A DNA stretch of 64,000 bases from contig CBDFMQ010000002.1 of the NCBI GenBank assembly GCA_965249725.1, forward strand, positions 1,440,001 through 1,504,000. The letters run 5' to 3'. Origin of the DNA: Longimicrobiales bacterium. GTDB taxonomy: Bacteria; Gemmatimonadota; Gemmatimonadetes; Longimicrobiales; Gaopeijiaceae. Below, piece after piece: positions 1 through 10,396 of the stretch; the first letter of the stretch is position 1; each line of letters starts with the position of its first letter. A model generated the notes under the pieces. The model did no database searches. It saw only the letters and a list, made by a program, of their open reading frames with translations, and was not told where the DNA came from. The position numbers were made by a program, and so were the translations under genes.

Positions 1-141
1 GTCGTAGAGCTGGAAGGCGCGGAGCGCCTTGCCGAGAATGACGAATAACTCCCGGACCTCGACGAGAGGAAGGTCCTCTACATCGGCCCACTCGGCAGAG
101 CCATCGCCCTGGCCTGAAGTATCGACGGGGGTGTCGGTCAA
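1..141 (-). CDS. 5' part of a hypothetical protein (possibly HEAT-repeat), runs off the window
   Basis: Manual translation from TTG at 141 (GAGGAA upstream): LTDTPVDTSGQGDGSAEWADVEDLPLVEVRELFVILGKALRAFQLYD, open to the edge. Not TrpA-like. HEAT call is from recollection of similar N-termini only. Confidence 0.55.
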   Translation of the reverse strand, partial: MTDTPVDTSGQGDGSAEWADVEDLPLVEVRELFVILGKALRAFQLYD

Positions 142-177
142 GGGTTCCTCGCCTACCGGTTCGTCTGCGGTGTCAGT

Positions 178-1371
<1,194 letters not shown>

Positions 1372-1398
1372 CGTTGCCCTGTATCCGGGATGGATAAC

Positions 1399-1464
1399 AT
1401 GCTTCAAACGTGCTTCAAAAGTGCTTCAACCGTGCTTCAACCGCGCTTCCACTGTGCTTCAACC
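1399..1464. repeat. 11-bp tandem repeat, 6 units, consensus GTGCTTCAACC
   Basis: atgcttcaaac/gtgcttcaaaa/gtgcttcaacc/gtgcttcaacc/gcgcttccact/gtgcttcaacc; straddles the trpF stop codon. Confidence 0.9.
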
Positions 1465-2096
1465 GCGTTCTCTACGAACGCTCGAATCAAGTCGTGATCC
1501 TTGAGCCGAGGCGCTAGCTCCACGCCCGAACTGACGTCGACCACATCCGGTGAGACGACCCTTACCGCCTGCGCAACGTTGTCGGGGGTGAGGCCTCCTG
1601 CGGCGATCACGGCGACCCCCGAAGGCAGCATGCCACCGACCGCGGAGAAATCATCCCACGCAAAGGACACGCCTCCGCCCCCGGGATGCTCGGGGTGCCA
1701 GGCGTCCAGGAGGAATGCGTCCACCGCGTCGCCGTACTCCCTCACGGCCCGAGCCACGTCCTCCGGCTCGCGGACTCTCACGGCCTTCCAGATCGCCCAA
1801 TCGCCCTTGGCGCGCAACTCCCGAACGAACGCCGGACTCTCCTCACCGTGAAGCTGGATCACGGAAGCACCGACCAGGGTCGCTATGCGGTGCGCTTCAT
1901 CGACGGACTCGTCCACCAGGACGGCCACCACGGGCGTGTCGACGGCGAGGGCGATATCGACGGCCTGATCCGGCAGGAGGCTTCGGCCGAAGCCTTGAGA
2001 GAGGATCATGCCGACGTAGCTCGCGCCCAGTGCCTCGGCGGCCCGTGCATCTTCCGCGGAGCAGATTCCGCAGATCTTGACCCCGATGTCAGCCAT
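1437..2096 (-). CDS. trpF: Phosphoribosylanthranilate isomerase
   Basis: VKICGI, IQLHGEE, LLD..GGGG.SF.W, AGGLTPDNV, VDVSSGVE. Start MADIGV overlaps the trpC end. Confidence 0.96.
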   Translation of the reverse strand: MADIGVKICGICSAEDARAAEALGASYVGMILSQGFGRSLLPDQAVDIALAVDTPVVAVLVDESVDEAHRIATLVGASVIQLHGEESPAFVRELRAKGDWAIWKAVRVREPEDVARAVREYGDAVDAFLLDAWHPEHPGGGGVSFAWDDFSAVGGMLPSGVAVIAAGGLTPDNVAQAVRVVSPDVVDVSSGVELAPRLKDHDLIRAFVENAVEAQWKRG

Positions 2097-2898
2097 GCGT
2101 GCGGGCCTTCCGCTTCGAGCCGGCGAGGATCGAGACCCCCTCGCCGGGATCGTCCTGCCGCAGCAGCGACTCACCCACCAAGACGGCGTGCACGCCCTTC
2201 TCCCCCAACATGCCAACGTCGTCCCTGGTCCGAATACCACTCTCCGACACCAGGACCACCTCCGGTGGGATCCCGGCCAGAAGGCCCAGCGTCACCTCGA
2301 GCCGAGTCTCGAACGTTCTGAGATTCCGGTTGTTCACGCCCAAGAGTCTGGCGCCGGACGCCACACCCCGTTCGACTTCCTCGGCGTCGTGCGCCTCGAC
2401 GAGCGCGGACATGCCCAGTTCTTCCGCCAGGAGTCGGAGCGAGCGGAGGCGTGCGTCGTCGAGGATGCGGACGATGAGCAGGACCGCATCCGCCCCGGCT
2501 GCCCGTGCCTGGAATACCTGGGACTCGTCGATGAGGAAGTCCTTCCGCAACACCGGGAGGTCCACGAGTCCTCTGGCCGCAACAAGGTCTTCGAGAGAGC
2601 CCCCGAAATAGTCCCGGTCCGTGAGGACGCTCAGCGCGGCTGCACCTCCGCCCTCATACATCGGCGCCAACTGGAGGGGGTCGAGATCGGGCCGAATAGG
2701 ACCAGCCCCCGGAGATCGCCGCTTGATCTCCGCGATCACCGCGACCGAGTCGCCCCCACCCACGGCCGTCAGAAAGTCTCTGGGAGGGTCCGCGCGCTCC
2801 GCGGCCGCACGTAGTTCCGGCACCCGGTCCTCGAGCCCCTTCACCTCGTGACGCTTGGTCTCGACGATCCGCTCGAGAATACCCACTGGAGCACTCAT
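2089..2898 (-). CDS. trpC: Indole-3-glycerol phosphate synthase
   Basis: [38 protein letters not shown]. Confidence 0.98.
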   Translation of the reverse strand: MSAPVGILERIVETKRHEVKGLEDRVPELRAAAERADPPRDFLTAVGGGDSVAVIAEIKRRSPGAGPIRPDLDPLQLAPMYEGGGAAALSVLTDRDYFGGSLEDLVAARGLVDLPVLRKDFLIDESQVFQARAAGADAVLLIVRILDDARLRSLRLLAEELGMSALVEAHDAEEVERGVASGARLLGVNNRNLRTFETRLEVTLGLLAGIPPEVVLVSESGIRTRDDVGMLGEKGVHAVLVGESLLRQDDPGEGVSILAGSKRKARTHG

Positions 2899-2916
2899 TC
2901 AAACCCTCGAGGACCC

Positions 2917-3048
2917 GTAAGGCCCGACGTACGGCCCGACGTAAGGCCCGACGTACGGCCCGACGTACGGCCCGACGTACGGCCCGACGTAGGGCCCGAC
3001 GTAGGGCCCGACGTGGGGCTCGACGTGGAGTTCGACGTGGAACGCGAT
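2917..3048. repeat. 12-bp tandem array, ~11 units, consensus GTACGGCCCGAC, degenerating toward lexA
   Basis: Eight GTA(A/C/G)GGCCCGAC units followed by gtggggctcgac, gtggagttcgac, gtggaacgcgat; lies in the trpC-lexA divergent intergenic region. Confidence 0.95.
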
Positions 3049-3063
3049 GATGCCTGCCCGTCC

Positions 3064-3133
3064 TTGCGTTTCGGGCAACGTTCGGGTATCGTTTCTTCGG
3101 GTCCTATTCGGGTTCTACCGATACGGAGGCGAA
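3064..3133 (+). promoter_or_regulatory. Putative lexA sigma70 promoter with candidate LexA operators
   Basis: TTGCGT(3064-69)-17 bp-TATCGT(3087-92). TTCGGG-N5-TTCGGG at 3070-3086 and 3096-3112; degenerate inverted copy CGAT-N7-CGAA at 3119-3133 over the GGAGG RBS. Confidence 0.7.
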
Positions 3134-3137
3134 CAGC

Positions 3138-3746
3138 ATGCCCCTGACGAAGCGACAAAAAGAGATCCTCGATCTTATTGAGAGTTTCATCGAAGAACAT
3201 GGGTACGCCCCGAGCTTCGAGGAGATCGCGGAGGCGTTCGGGTACTCCTCCCTCGCCACGGTGCATGAACACCTGAGCAATCTGGAACGCAAGGGCTACA
3301 TCCGGAAGGCCTACAATGAGAGCCGCTCCATCGAGTTGGTAGGTCATTCGTCGTCGTCTGGCGGGCTGGAACTGCCGCTCTTGGGTGCCGTAGCCGCCGG
3401 ACTCCCGATCGAGGCCATCGAGGAGCAGGAAACGCTGGCGGTGCCACCGGACATGGTGCGGAGCGGCAGCGACAACTTCGTGCTCCGGGTCGAAGGCGAG
3501 TCCATGATCGACGAGCAGATCCGTGACGGCGACTATATCGTCGTGACCTCGCAACAGACTGCAGCTGACGGGCAGATGGTCGTTGCGCTCGTGGGGGGTG
3601 ATTCCGCCACTGTGAAGAAGCTGTATCGCGAGAACGACGGACGCATTCGGCTGCAACCGGCCAACCCGACCATGAAACCGATTCTGGAGGATCCGAACAA
3701 CGTCAAGATCCAGGGCGTCGTGGTGGGTGTCATCCGGAAGTACTAG
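3138..3746 (+). CDS. lexA: SOS repressor LexA
   Basis: LTKRQKEIL winged-helix N-terminus, VAAGLP cleavage site, GESM catalytic Ser, TVKKL catalytic Lys. Confidence 0.98.
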   Translation: MPLTKRQKEILDLIESFIEEHGYAPSFEEIAEAFGYSSLATVHEHLSNLERKGYIRKAYNESRSIELVGHSSSSGGLELPLLGAVAAGLPIEAIEEQETLAVPPDMVRSGSDNFVLRVEGESMIDEQIRDGDYIVVTSQQTAADGQMVVALVGGDSATVKKLYRENDGRIRLQPANPTMKPILEDPNNVKIQGVVVGVIRKY

Positions 3747-3756
3747 AGGGCCCAGG

Positions 3757-3810
3757 GGCCTTCCTGCCCGCGGAGGCCTTCCTGTCCGCAGCGGCCTTCG
3801 TGCTCTCCGA
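3757..3810. repeat. 18-bp tandem repeat, 3 degenerate units
   Basis: ggccttcctgcccgcgga/ggccttcctgtccgcagc/ggccttcgtgctctccga filling the convergent lexA-trpD gap. Confidence 0.75.
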
Positions 3811-3811
3811 G

Positions 3812-4867
3812 TCAGGACGCGCGCGTAGCCGCTCTGAGCAAGTCCAGGGCCTCCAGAGCCTTGCCGCTATCCAAAGCCTCTGCGGCCAAAGCGACGCTGT
3901 CTTCCAAGGTCTCTGCCACATCAGCAACGTAGATCGCCGCCCCCGCGTTCAGCAGCACAGCGGATCGGGCACCCCCCTGCTCTTCTCCCTGGAGCACCGC
4001 CATGATCACCTGGGCGTTCTCCGTGGGCTCACCTCCTGCAAGCTCCTCGGCAGAGCACCGCTCCAAACCGAAATCCTCGGGACTGACGGTACGTTCGCTC
4101 ACTGCACCGTCGGCCAACTCGGCCACGCGTGTCGGCCCCATGGGACTGATCTCGTCCATGCCGGGCTCTCCGTGCACGACCAGCGCATGGGTATGCCCCA
4201 ACTCGCGCAGTGCCTCGACTACGAGCGACACCAGAGACGGGTCCGCCACGCCCACCAACTGGCGGCGTACACCGGCCGGATTAGTGAGTGGCCCGAGGAT
4301 GTTCATCACGGTTGGGAAGCCGAGCTCCCGGCGCACCGGTCCGACGTGCCGCATCGACGGGTGCAGGAGGGGGGCGAACATGAAGACCAGTCCCACCTCC
4401 TTGAGGACGGTGGCCATCTCCTCAGGGCTGAGTTCGATGCGCACTCCGAGCGCCTCGAGAACGTCGGCACTCCCGCTACGGGACGTAAACGAGCGGTTCC
4501 CGTGCTTCGCGATGCGGACTCCCGCCCCGCAGGCGACCAATGCGGCGGCCGTTGAGATGTTGAACGTGGTTACGGCCCCACCGCCCGTCCCACACGTGTC
4601 GATAAGCTGATCCGTCGCCTCGGACGCAACCGGCACCATCGCCTTTCGGAGGGCTCTCACGCCGCCGGCGACCTCCACGGGCGACACGCCCCGTACCCGA
4701 AAAGCCGTGAGTAGCGACGACATCTGCGCCGGAGAGGCGCTTCCCTCCATGAAAGTGTCGAACGCGAGTTCCGCCTCGGAGGCGGTGAGGTGCTCGCCAT
4801 CAGCGACCTTGCGGAGCGTACTCCGGAGGTCGAGCGACGGCGGCGATGACGCGGAACTCTGGCTCAT
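3812..4867 (-). CDS. trpD: Anthranilate phosphoribosyltransferase
   Basis: DTCGTGG, TFNIST, AKHGNRS..SRSGSADVLEALG, NILGPLTNP, GMDE. Confidence 0.98.
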   Translation of the reverse strand: MSQSSASSPPSLDLRSTLRKVADGEHLTASEAELAFDTFMEGSASPAQMSSLLTAFRVRGVSPVEVAGGVRALRKAMVPVASEATDQLIDTCGTGGGAVTTFNISTAAALVACGAGVRIAKHGNRSFTSRSGSADVLEALGVRIELSPEEMATVLKEVGLVFMFAPLLHPSMRHVGPVRRELGFPTVMNILGPLTNPAGVRRQLVGVADPSLVSLVVEALRELGHTHALVVHGEPGMDEISPMGPTRVAELADGAVSERTVSPEDFGLERCSAEELAGGEPTENAQVIMAVLQGEEQGGARSAVLLNAGAAIYVADVAETLEDSVALAAEALDSGKALEALDLLRAATRAS

Positions 4868-4957
4868 TCGAGGGTGCGTTCCGTGGAGGGAATCCCGTGC
4901 CGAAGTACACGCTCACCCCGGCAGAATACAGCTACAATTCAACCTTTCGGGCGTCGC

Positions 4958-4985
4958 TTGACAACAGGTACCTCCGTTCTACCTT
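4958..4985 (+). promoter_or_regulatory. Putative sigma70 promoter of the truA-pur run
   Basis: TTGACA-16 bp-TACCTT, ending 6 nt before the truA GTG at 4992. Confidence 0.6.
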
Positions 4986-4991
4986 CCGGGC

Positions 4992-5798
4992 GTGGAATCC
5001 GTGAGGGTGAATCGCCTCAAGCTGATCCTTCAATATGATGGCTCGGCCTTCTTCGGCTGGCAGATCCAGCGTGAGGAGCGAACCGTTCAAGGGGAGCTCG
5101 AAGCGGCTCTGACGCGTCTTACAGGTGCCCGGCGCCCGGTCGAAGGATCGGGCCGAACGGATCGCGGAGTCCATGCGACCGGCCAAGTGGCGGCCGTGTC
5201 CCTCCCCGAAGCCTGGGGACCGCCCAAGCTCGAGAAGGCTCTAAACGCCGTGCTGCCCAATGACATCTGGGTCGAATCCGTCGAGTCGGCGGCTTCCGAT
5301 TTCAGTCCCCGTTACGATGCGATCGCTCGCACGTACCTCTATCGACTCGGCGTCTCGGCGCGGACTCGGTCGCCGTTCCACCGTCCTTGGTGCTGGGCCC
5401 TCGCCGGCGATGTCGACTCCGCCCTGCTGACCCAAGCCGCAGATCTGCTGCCCGGGGAACATTCGTTCAAGGCATTCGCCAAGTCGGGACAGCCCCAGCG
5501 AGGCGTGATGTGCACGGTGCATGCCGCCCGATGGGAGCCTTGGGAGGATCTGGGATTTTCGTTCTTGGTGACGGCCAACCGCTACCTCCACCACATGGTG
5601 CGCTACCTTGTAGGCACGATGGTGGATATCGCGAGCCAACGGCGCCCGGTGGACGACCTGCACCGTCTGCTCGCAGACCCGGATGGCGACTTGGAGACGT
5701 CCCCTCCGGCGCCTCCCGAAGGACTGTTTCTACATCACGTGGCGTACCCGACGGAGAGGGGTTCCGACTCTGCGGACGCCATTCCAACTACGCCCTGA
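4992..5798 (+). CDS. truA: tRNA pseudouridine(38-40) synthase
   Basis: YDGSAFFGWQ, SGRTDRGVHA, HHMVR..VGT, APPEGLFL. Confidence 0.97.
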   Translation: MESVRVNRLKLILQYDGSAFFGWQIQREERTVQGELEAALTRLTGARRPVEGSGRTDRGVHATGQVAAVSLPEAWGPPKLEKALNAVLPNDIWVESVESAASDFSPRYDAIARTYLYRLGVSARTRSPFHRPWCWALAGDVDSALLTQAADLLPGEHSFKAFAKSGQPQRGVMCTVHAARWEPWEDLGFSFLVTANRYLHHMVRYLVGTMVDIASQRRPVDDLHRLLADPDGDLETSPPAPPEGLFLHHVAYPTERGSDSADAIPTTP

Positions 5799-5810
5799 AC
5801 CCGAGAGCTC

Positions 5811-6467
5811 ATGAGAATCTTCCTCGACACCGCCGATACCGACGAGATCCGACGAGCCGCATCAGCTGGCCTCATCGACGGAGTGACGACCAACCCCTCC
5901 CTCATGGCCAAGTCCGCCGGGGATCGTGAACCGGCCGATCTCTTCCTCGAGATCTGCCAGACGGTGGACGGGCCGGTAAGCGCCGAGGTCGTTGCGCTGG
6001 ATGCCGAGGGGATGGTGGATCAAGGAAGGCGCCTCGCCAAGATCCACGACAACATCGTCATCAAGGTCCCCCTCACCGAAGACGGGCTCGTCGCTTGTCG
6101 GACGCTCCGGAGCGAGGACATCGGCGTGAACGTGACCCTCTGCTTCTCGCCGACCCAAGCCCACCTGGCGGCGAAGGCGGGAGCCACGTTCATCTCGCCC
6201 TTCATCGGCCGTGTCGACGACATGGCGGGGGACGGGATGGAGCTCATCGCGCAGATCCGTCAGATCTACGACAACTACGACATCGAGACCCAGATCTTGG
6301 CTGCGTCGATCCGGCATCCACAGCACATGGTGCAGTCGCTCATGCTCGGAGCGGACTGCGGCACGTTGCCACCCAATGTGCTGTATCAGCTGTTGAAGCA
6401 TCCGTTGACTGACCGCGGCTTGGATGCGTTCATGGCGGACTGGAAGAAGTTGGGAAGAGACCTGTAG
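5811..6467 (+). CDS. tal: Transaldolase, short FSA/TalC family
   Basis: IFLDTA, GVTTNPSL, IKVPLT, NVTLCFS, ISPFIGRVDD, LAASIRHP. Confidence 0.93.
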   Translation: MRIFLDTADTDEIRRAASAGLIDGVTTNPSLMAKSAGDREPADLFLEICQTVDGPVSAEVVALDAEGMVDQGRRLAKIHDNIVIKVPLTEDGLVACRTLRSEDIGVNVTLCFSPTQAHLAAKAGATFISPFIGRVDDMAGDGMELIAQIRQIYDNYDIETQILAASIRHPQHMVQSLMLGADCGTLPPNVLYQLLKHPLTDRGLDAFMADWKKLGRDL

Positions 6468-6509
6468 TCGGACCGCAAACACCCCTATTCGGGTCGAAAT
6501 GACCTATTC

Positions 6510-8003
6510 ATGGCCGACAGACCGTTGATGCCCTCCCCGAGGTACCATTCCGCCCTCGCGGGAGTCGCCGCTGCCGCCTTGGCGCTGGGGCCGGTAGCCT
6601 GCGGTGCGACGGAGACCCAGGACGACACGACCGTCACCGAGGCCTCGGACGTCGGGTCGCTCATCGCAGCGAACTCGGCGGCCTTGGGTGCACCCTCTCA
6701 GGTGTCCGCCGCCCAGCGCTCTACCCGGCTCGACACCTCGCGGAGCACGGCCATCGTCGAGGCGGCCACAGAAGTGGCGCCGGCAGTCGTGAGCGTCAAC
6801 GTGCTCCGGACCGAGCAGGTGCAGACACGCTCGTTTTTCGACCCGTTCTCCATGCCGCGCACACGCCGAAGCCGTGGACTGGGGTCCGGGTTCATCATCA
6901 GTGACGCCGGCGTGATCCTGACCAACGATCACGTGATTCAGGGTGCCGAGCGCATCATGGTCACGCTGCCCGACGGCCGGGACTTCGAGGCCGAGTTGGT
7001 GGGGACGGACCAACTCACGGACGTGGCCGTGCTTCGGATCCGAGGTGACCGGCTGCCGGTGGCCCGCCTCGGGACCTCGGAGGGAATACTCATCGGAGAA
7101 TGGGCGTTGGCCATCGGGAATCCGTTCGGAAATCTCTTTTCCAACTCCGAACCTACCGTCACCGCCGGCGTCGTAAGTGCGACCGGACGGCACATCATCC
7201 CGGACGACGACGATCGCGTCGTATACCTGGGGATGATCCAGACCGATGCGTCGATCAACCCGGGGAACTCGGGAGGTCCGCTGGTCAACTCGGCGGGAGA
7301 GGTGATTGGCCTCAACAGTTCCATCTTCACTCGGAGTGGAGGGAGCGAGGGCCTCGGCTTCGCCATCCCCATCGACCGGGCCCTGCGTGTGGCGGAGCAG
7401 CTCATGGGAGACGGAGAGCTGAAGAGGGCCTGGTTCGGCTTCGAGGTAGACGCCGGCGAAGAGGATATCTGGGGCCGAACGCAGGGCATCGTGGTGGCCA
7501 CCGTAGCTCCCGGGTCGCCGGCGGCCGAAGCTCGCCTGGCACTCGGTGACCGGATCGTCTCCGTCGACGGGCAGGCGATACACACGCCCTTGGACTACGC
7601 GTCGGCCCTCCTGGACATGCGGGCCGGCGAATCCATCTCGTTGGGCGTCGAAGGCAGACCGGGCTCCGTCACCCTGGTTTCCGAGGATGTGCCATCGGTC
7701 TCCGCGGATCGGGTCACCGCTTTGGAGCAGATGCAGCTAATCACCGTCACGCCGCGGATCAGGGCCGAGCGGAATCTCGGGTACGACACGGGGGCGCTGA
7801 TCGTGTCGATCGAGCCTGAACTCGCGGGCCGTATCGGATTCCGAGCGGGTGACGTCATCCTGCAGATCGACCGAGCCGGTATCACCTCCGCGGAGCTGGC
7901 AGCGGAGATGTTCCGACGCGCATCGGGCACGGTGCCGGTCTACATTGAACGCAACGGCGGAGTCATTGTGAGACAACTATCCCTCCGGCGGCCCCGTGGC
8001 TGA
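6510..8003 (+). CDS. HtrA/DegP-family serine protease with two PDZ domains, probable lipoprotein
   Basis: GSGFII, TNDHV, DVAVL, IQTDASINPGNSGGPL; hydrophobic N-terminus ending PVAC. Confidence 0.93.
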   Translation: MADRPLMPSPRYHSALAGVAAAALALGPVACGATETQDDTTVTEASDVGSLIAANSAALGAPSQVSAAQRSTRLDTSRSTAIVEAATEVAPAVVSVNVLRTEQVQTRSFFDPFSMPRTRRSRGLGSGFIISDAGVILTNDHVIQGAERIMVTLPDGRDFEAELVGTDQLTDVAVLRIRGDRLPVARLGTSEGILIGEWALAIGNPFGNLFSNSEPTVTAGVVSATGRHIIPDDDDRVVYLGMIQTDASINPGNSGGPLVNSAGEVIGLNSSIFTRSGGSEGLGFAIPIDRALRVAEQLMGDGELKRAWFGFEVDAGEEDIWGRTQGIVVATVAPGSPAAEARLALGDRIVSVDGQAIHTPLDYASALLDMRAGESISLGVEGRPGSVTLVSEDVPSVSADRVTALEQMQLITVTPRIRAERNLGYDTGALIVSIEPELAGRIGFRAGDVILQIDRAGITSAELAAEMFRRASGTVPVYIERNGGVIVRQLSLRRPRG

Positions 8004-9447
8004 TTCCTCGGCCGACAATTACGCCCATCCCCTGGGGGAGCGCTACGCCTCCCGTGAGATGCAGGCCATCTTCTCGGCGGCCCACCGCTACGGGACGTGG
8101 CGGTGTCTTTGGTTGGCGTTGGCAGAGGCGCAGCACGAACTAGGCCTTCCCGTGCCGTCGGAGGCATTGGACCAGATGCGGCAAGGGCTAGACGACGTGG
8201 ACCTGGACAAGGCGGCCGAATACGAGAAACGCTTCCGCCATGACGTCATGGCGCATGTGCACCTGTTCGGTGACGTGGCCCCGGACGCCAAGGGTGTCAT
8301 TCACCTGGGGGCCACCAGCGCCTTCATCGGGGACAACACCGACCTGATCCTGCATCGGGAGGCCCTTACGCTCGTCCGGGACCGCATCGTGAAATGCGTC
8401 GCCCACCTCGCCGACTTTGCGGCCACGCACAAGCACCTGCCGACCCTGGGCTACACGCATTTTCAGCCGGCTCAACCGACCACCGTCGGGAAGCGGGCCA
8501 CGCTGTGGCTTCAGGACCTGATGCTCGACATCGAAGAGGTCGAGTTCCGTTTGAAGACCCTTCGTTTCCGAGGGGTGAAAGGCACGACAGGCACTCAGGC
8601 GTCGTTCGTCGAGCTCTTCGACGGAGACACGGCGAAGGTGGACGAGCTCGATCATGCCGTGGCCCACAAGATGGGCTTTACCGAACGCATGGGTGTGACG
8701 GGCCAGACGTACACCCGGAAGGTGGACGCCCAGATCCAGGCCGCCCTGGCCGGTGTCGCGGCTTCGGCGTCAAAGCTGGGGAACGACCTGAGGCTCTTGG
8801 CCCACCTACGCGAAGTCGAAGAGCCCTTCGAGGAAGAGCAGATCGGCTCGTCGGCGATGCCGTACAAGCGCAACCCCATGCGGGCCGAACGCATCTGCGG
8901 CATGGCCCGCCACGTGATCGCGCTCGCGCAGGATCCACAGTACACCGCGGCCACTCAGTGGCTCGAGCGCACGCTCGACGACTCGGCCAACCGCCGGCTC
9001 TCCATACCCGACGCGTTCCTGGCCCTTGACGGCATCCTGGTGCTCGTCGAGAACATCGCGTCGGGACTGGTTGTGAACCCCGGCGTAATCCGCCGGAATC
9101 TGGAGGTCCATCTTCCCTTCATGGCAGCCGAGACGATTCTCATGCACGCATCGTCGGCCGGAGGAGACCGCCAGGAGCTGCACGAACGAATCCGCCGGCA
9201 CTCCATGGAGGCCGCCGGGCGCATGAAGGACCAGGGTGCGGAGGCCGACCTGTTGGAGCGTATCGCCGCGGACGACGCGTTCGGCATGAGCTTGGAAGAC
9301 CTCCGCGAAATCGCCGATCCGACTCGCTTCGTGGGGAGAGCCCCCGAGCAGGTGGATCGCTTCCTGGCCGAGTGGGTACAGCCGGCCTTGGCACGCCTTG
9401 AAGCAGGCGCCAACGAGCGCCTGGGAGAACCAGATGTCCGGGTCTGA
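7996..9447 (+). CDS. purB: Adenylosuccinate lyase
   Basis: RHDVMAH, IHLGATS, GYTHFQPAQ, GSSAMPYKRNP. Confidence 0.97.
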   Translation: MADSSADNYAHPLGERYASREMQAIFSAAHRYGTWRCLWLALAEAQHELGLPVPSEALDQMRQGLDDVDLDKAAEYEKRFRHDVMAHVHLFGDVAPDAKGVIHLGATSAFIGDNTDLILHREALTLVRDRIVKCVAHLADFAATHKHLPTLGYTHFQPAQPTTVGKRATLWLQDLMLDIEEVEFRLKTLRFRGVKGTTGTQASFVELFDGDTAKVDELDHAVAHKMGFTERMGVTGQTYTRKVDAQIQAALAGVAASASKLGNDLRLLAHLREVEEPFEEEQIGSSAMPYKRNPMRAERICGMARHVIALAQDPQYTAATQWLERTLDDSANRRLSIPDAFLALDGILVLVENIASGLVVNPGVIRRNLEVHLPFMAAETILMHASSAGGDRQELHERIRRHSMEAAGRMKDQGAEADLLERIAADDAFGMSLEDLREIADPTRFVGRAPEQVDRFLAEWVQPALARLEAGANERLGEPDVRV

Positions 9448-10372
9448 CGCAATGGCCGTTTCGCAATCACAAGTACCGCTACCCCTCCTTCACCAGGGGA
9501 AAGTCCGCGACGTATACGACGCCGGAGAAGGCCTGCTCTTGATGGTAGCGAGCGACCGTGTCAGCGCGTTCGACGTGATCCTTCCCCAGCCGATTCCCCG
9601 CAAGGGAGAGGTGCTCACGCAGCTCACGGCCTGGTGGATGGACACGCTCAGGGACCAGCTCGACCATCACCTGATCAGCGTGGACCCGGACGAGATCGAG
9701 GAGCGGGTGCCGGCATTGGCCGGTTCACGCGAGACGTGGGCCGCCCGCAGCATGCTCGTGCATCGCACGGAGCCCGTGCTCGTCGAGTGTGTCGTCCGCG
9801 GCTACATCTCCGGATCCGCCTGGAAGGAGTACGGCAAGTCCGGCACGCTGGCCGGTGAGCCACTCCCCGAAGGCCTGGTCGAGAGCGGCCGGCTCGAACA
9901 GCCCGTCTTCTCACCGGCGACCAAAGCTCAGACGGGGCACGACGAGAACATCCCGTTTTCAGGTGTCGTGGAGCGGTTGGGTGAAGAGGTCGCAAACCGT
10001 CTGAGAGATCTGTCCTTCCTCATCTACGGCCATGGTGTGAAATTGGCCGAGGAGAGAGGGATCATTCTGGCGGACACCAAGTTCGAGTTCGGATACCATC
10101 CCGATGGGCGGCTGCTCCTCATCGACGAGGTGCTGACGCCGGATTCGTCGCGATTCTGGCCGGCCGATCGGTACGTGGCAGGGCAGAGCCAGCAGTCCCT
10201 GGACAAGCAGCCGGTGCGGGACTTCCTGGACGGACTCGACTGGGATAAGTCGCCGCCACCGCCGGACTTACCGGACCACGTGGTCGATGCCACTTCAACG
10301 AGATATCTGGAAATCTTCCGGCGCTTGACCGGAACAGAGCTCAATGCATTCGAGCCCCCTCACTTCGGCTGA
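9434..10372 (+). CDS. purC: SAICAR synthase
   Basis: GKVRDVY, SDRVSAFD, ECVVRGY, ADTKFEFG, DEVLTPDSSRFW, DKQPVR; GGAG RBS before ATG 9434. Confidence 0.97.
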   Translation: MSGSDAMAVSQSQVPLPLLHQGKVRDVYDAGEGLLLMVASDRVSAFDVILPQPIPRKGEVLTQLTAWWMDTLRDQLDHHLISVDPDEIEERVPALAGSRETWAARSMLVHRTEPVLVECVVRGYISGSAWKEYGKSGTLAGEPLPEGLVESGRLEQPVFSPATKAQTGHDENIPFSGVVERLGEEVANRLRDLSFLIYGHGVKLAEERGIILADTKFEFGYHPDGRLLLIDEVLTPDSSRFWPADRYVAGQSQQSLDKQPVRDFLDGLDWDKSPPPPDLPDHVVDATSTRYLEIFRRLTGTELNAFEPPHFG

Positions 10373-10396
10373 CTGCCGGAGGATCGAAAGAACCGC

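Noticed and set aside
2917..3048. Possible CRISPR array or iterons
   Set aside because: Units are contiguous 12-mers with no spacers, and no cas or rep gene is in the window.
2895..3656. 253-aa minus ORF ending in an ATGA overlap with trpC, as a possible trp leader
   Set aside because: Mostly antisense to lexA, openness through the array is explained by the triplet-multiple repeat, and there are no Trp codons near trpC and no attenuator hairpin.
6484..6510. CCTATTCGGG resembling a lexA half-site upstream of htrA
   Set aside because: Only one half-site; the neighbouring CCTATTC is at period 19.
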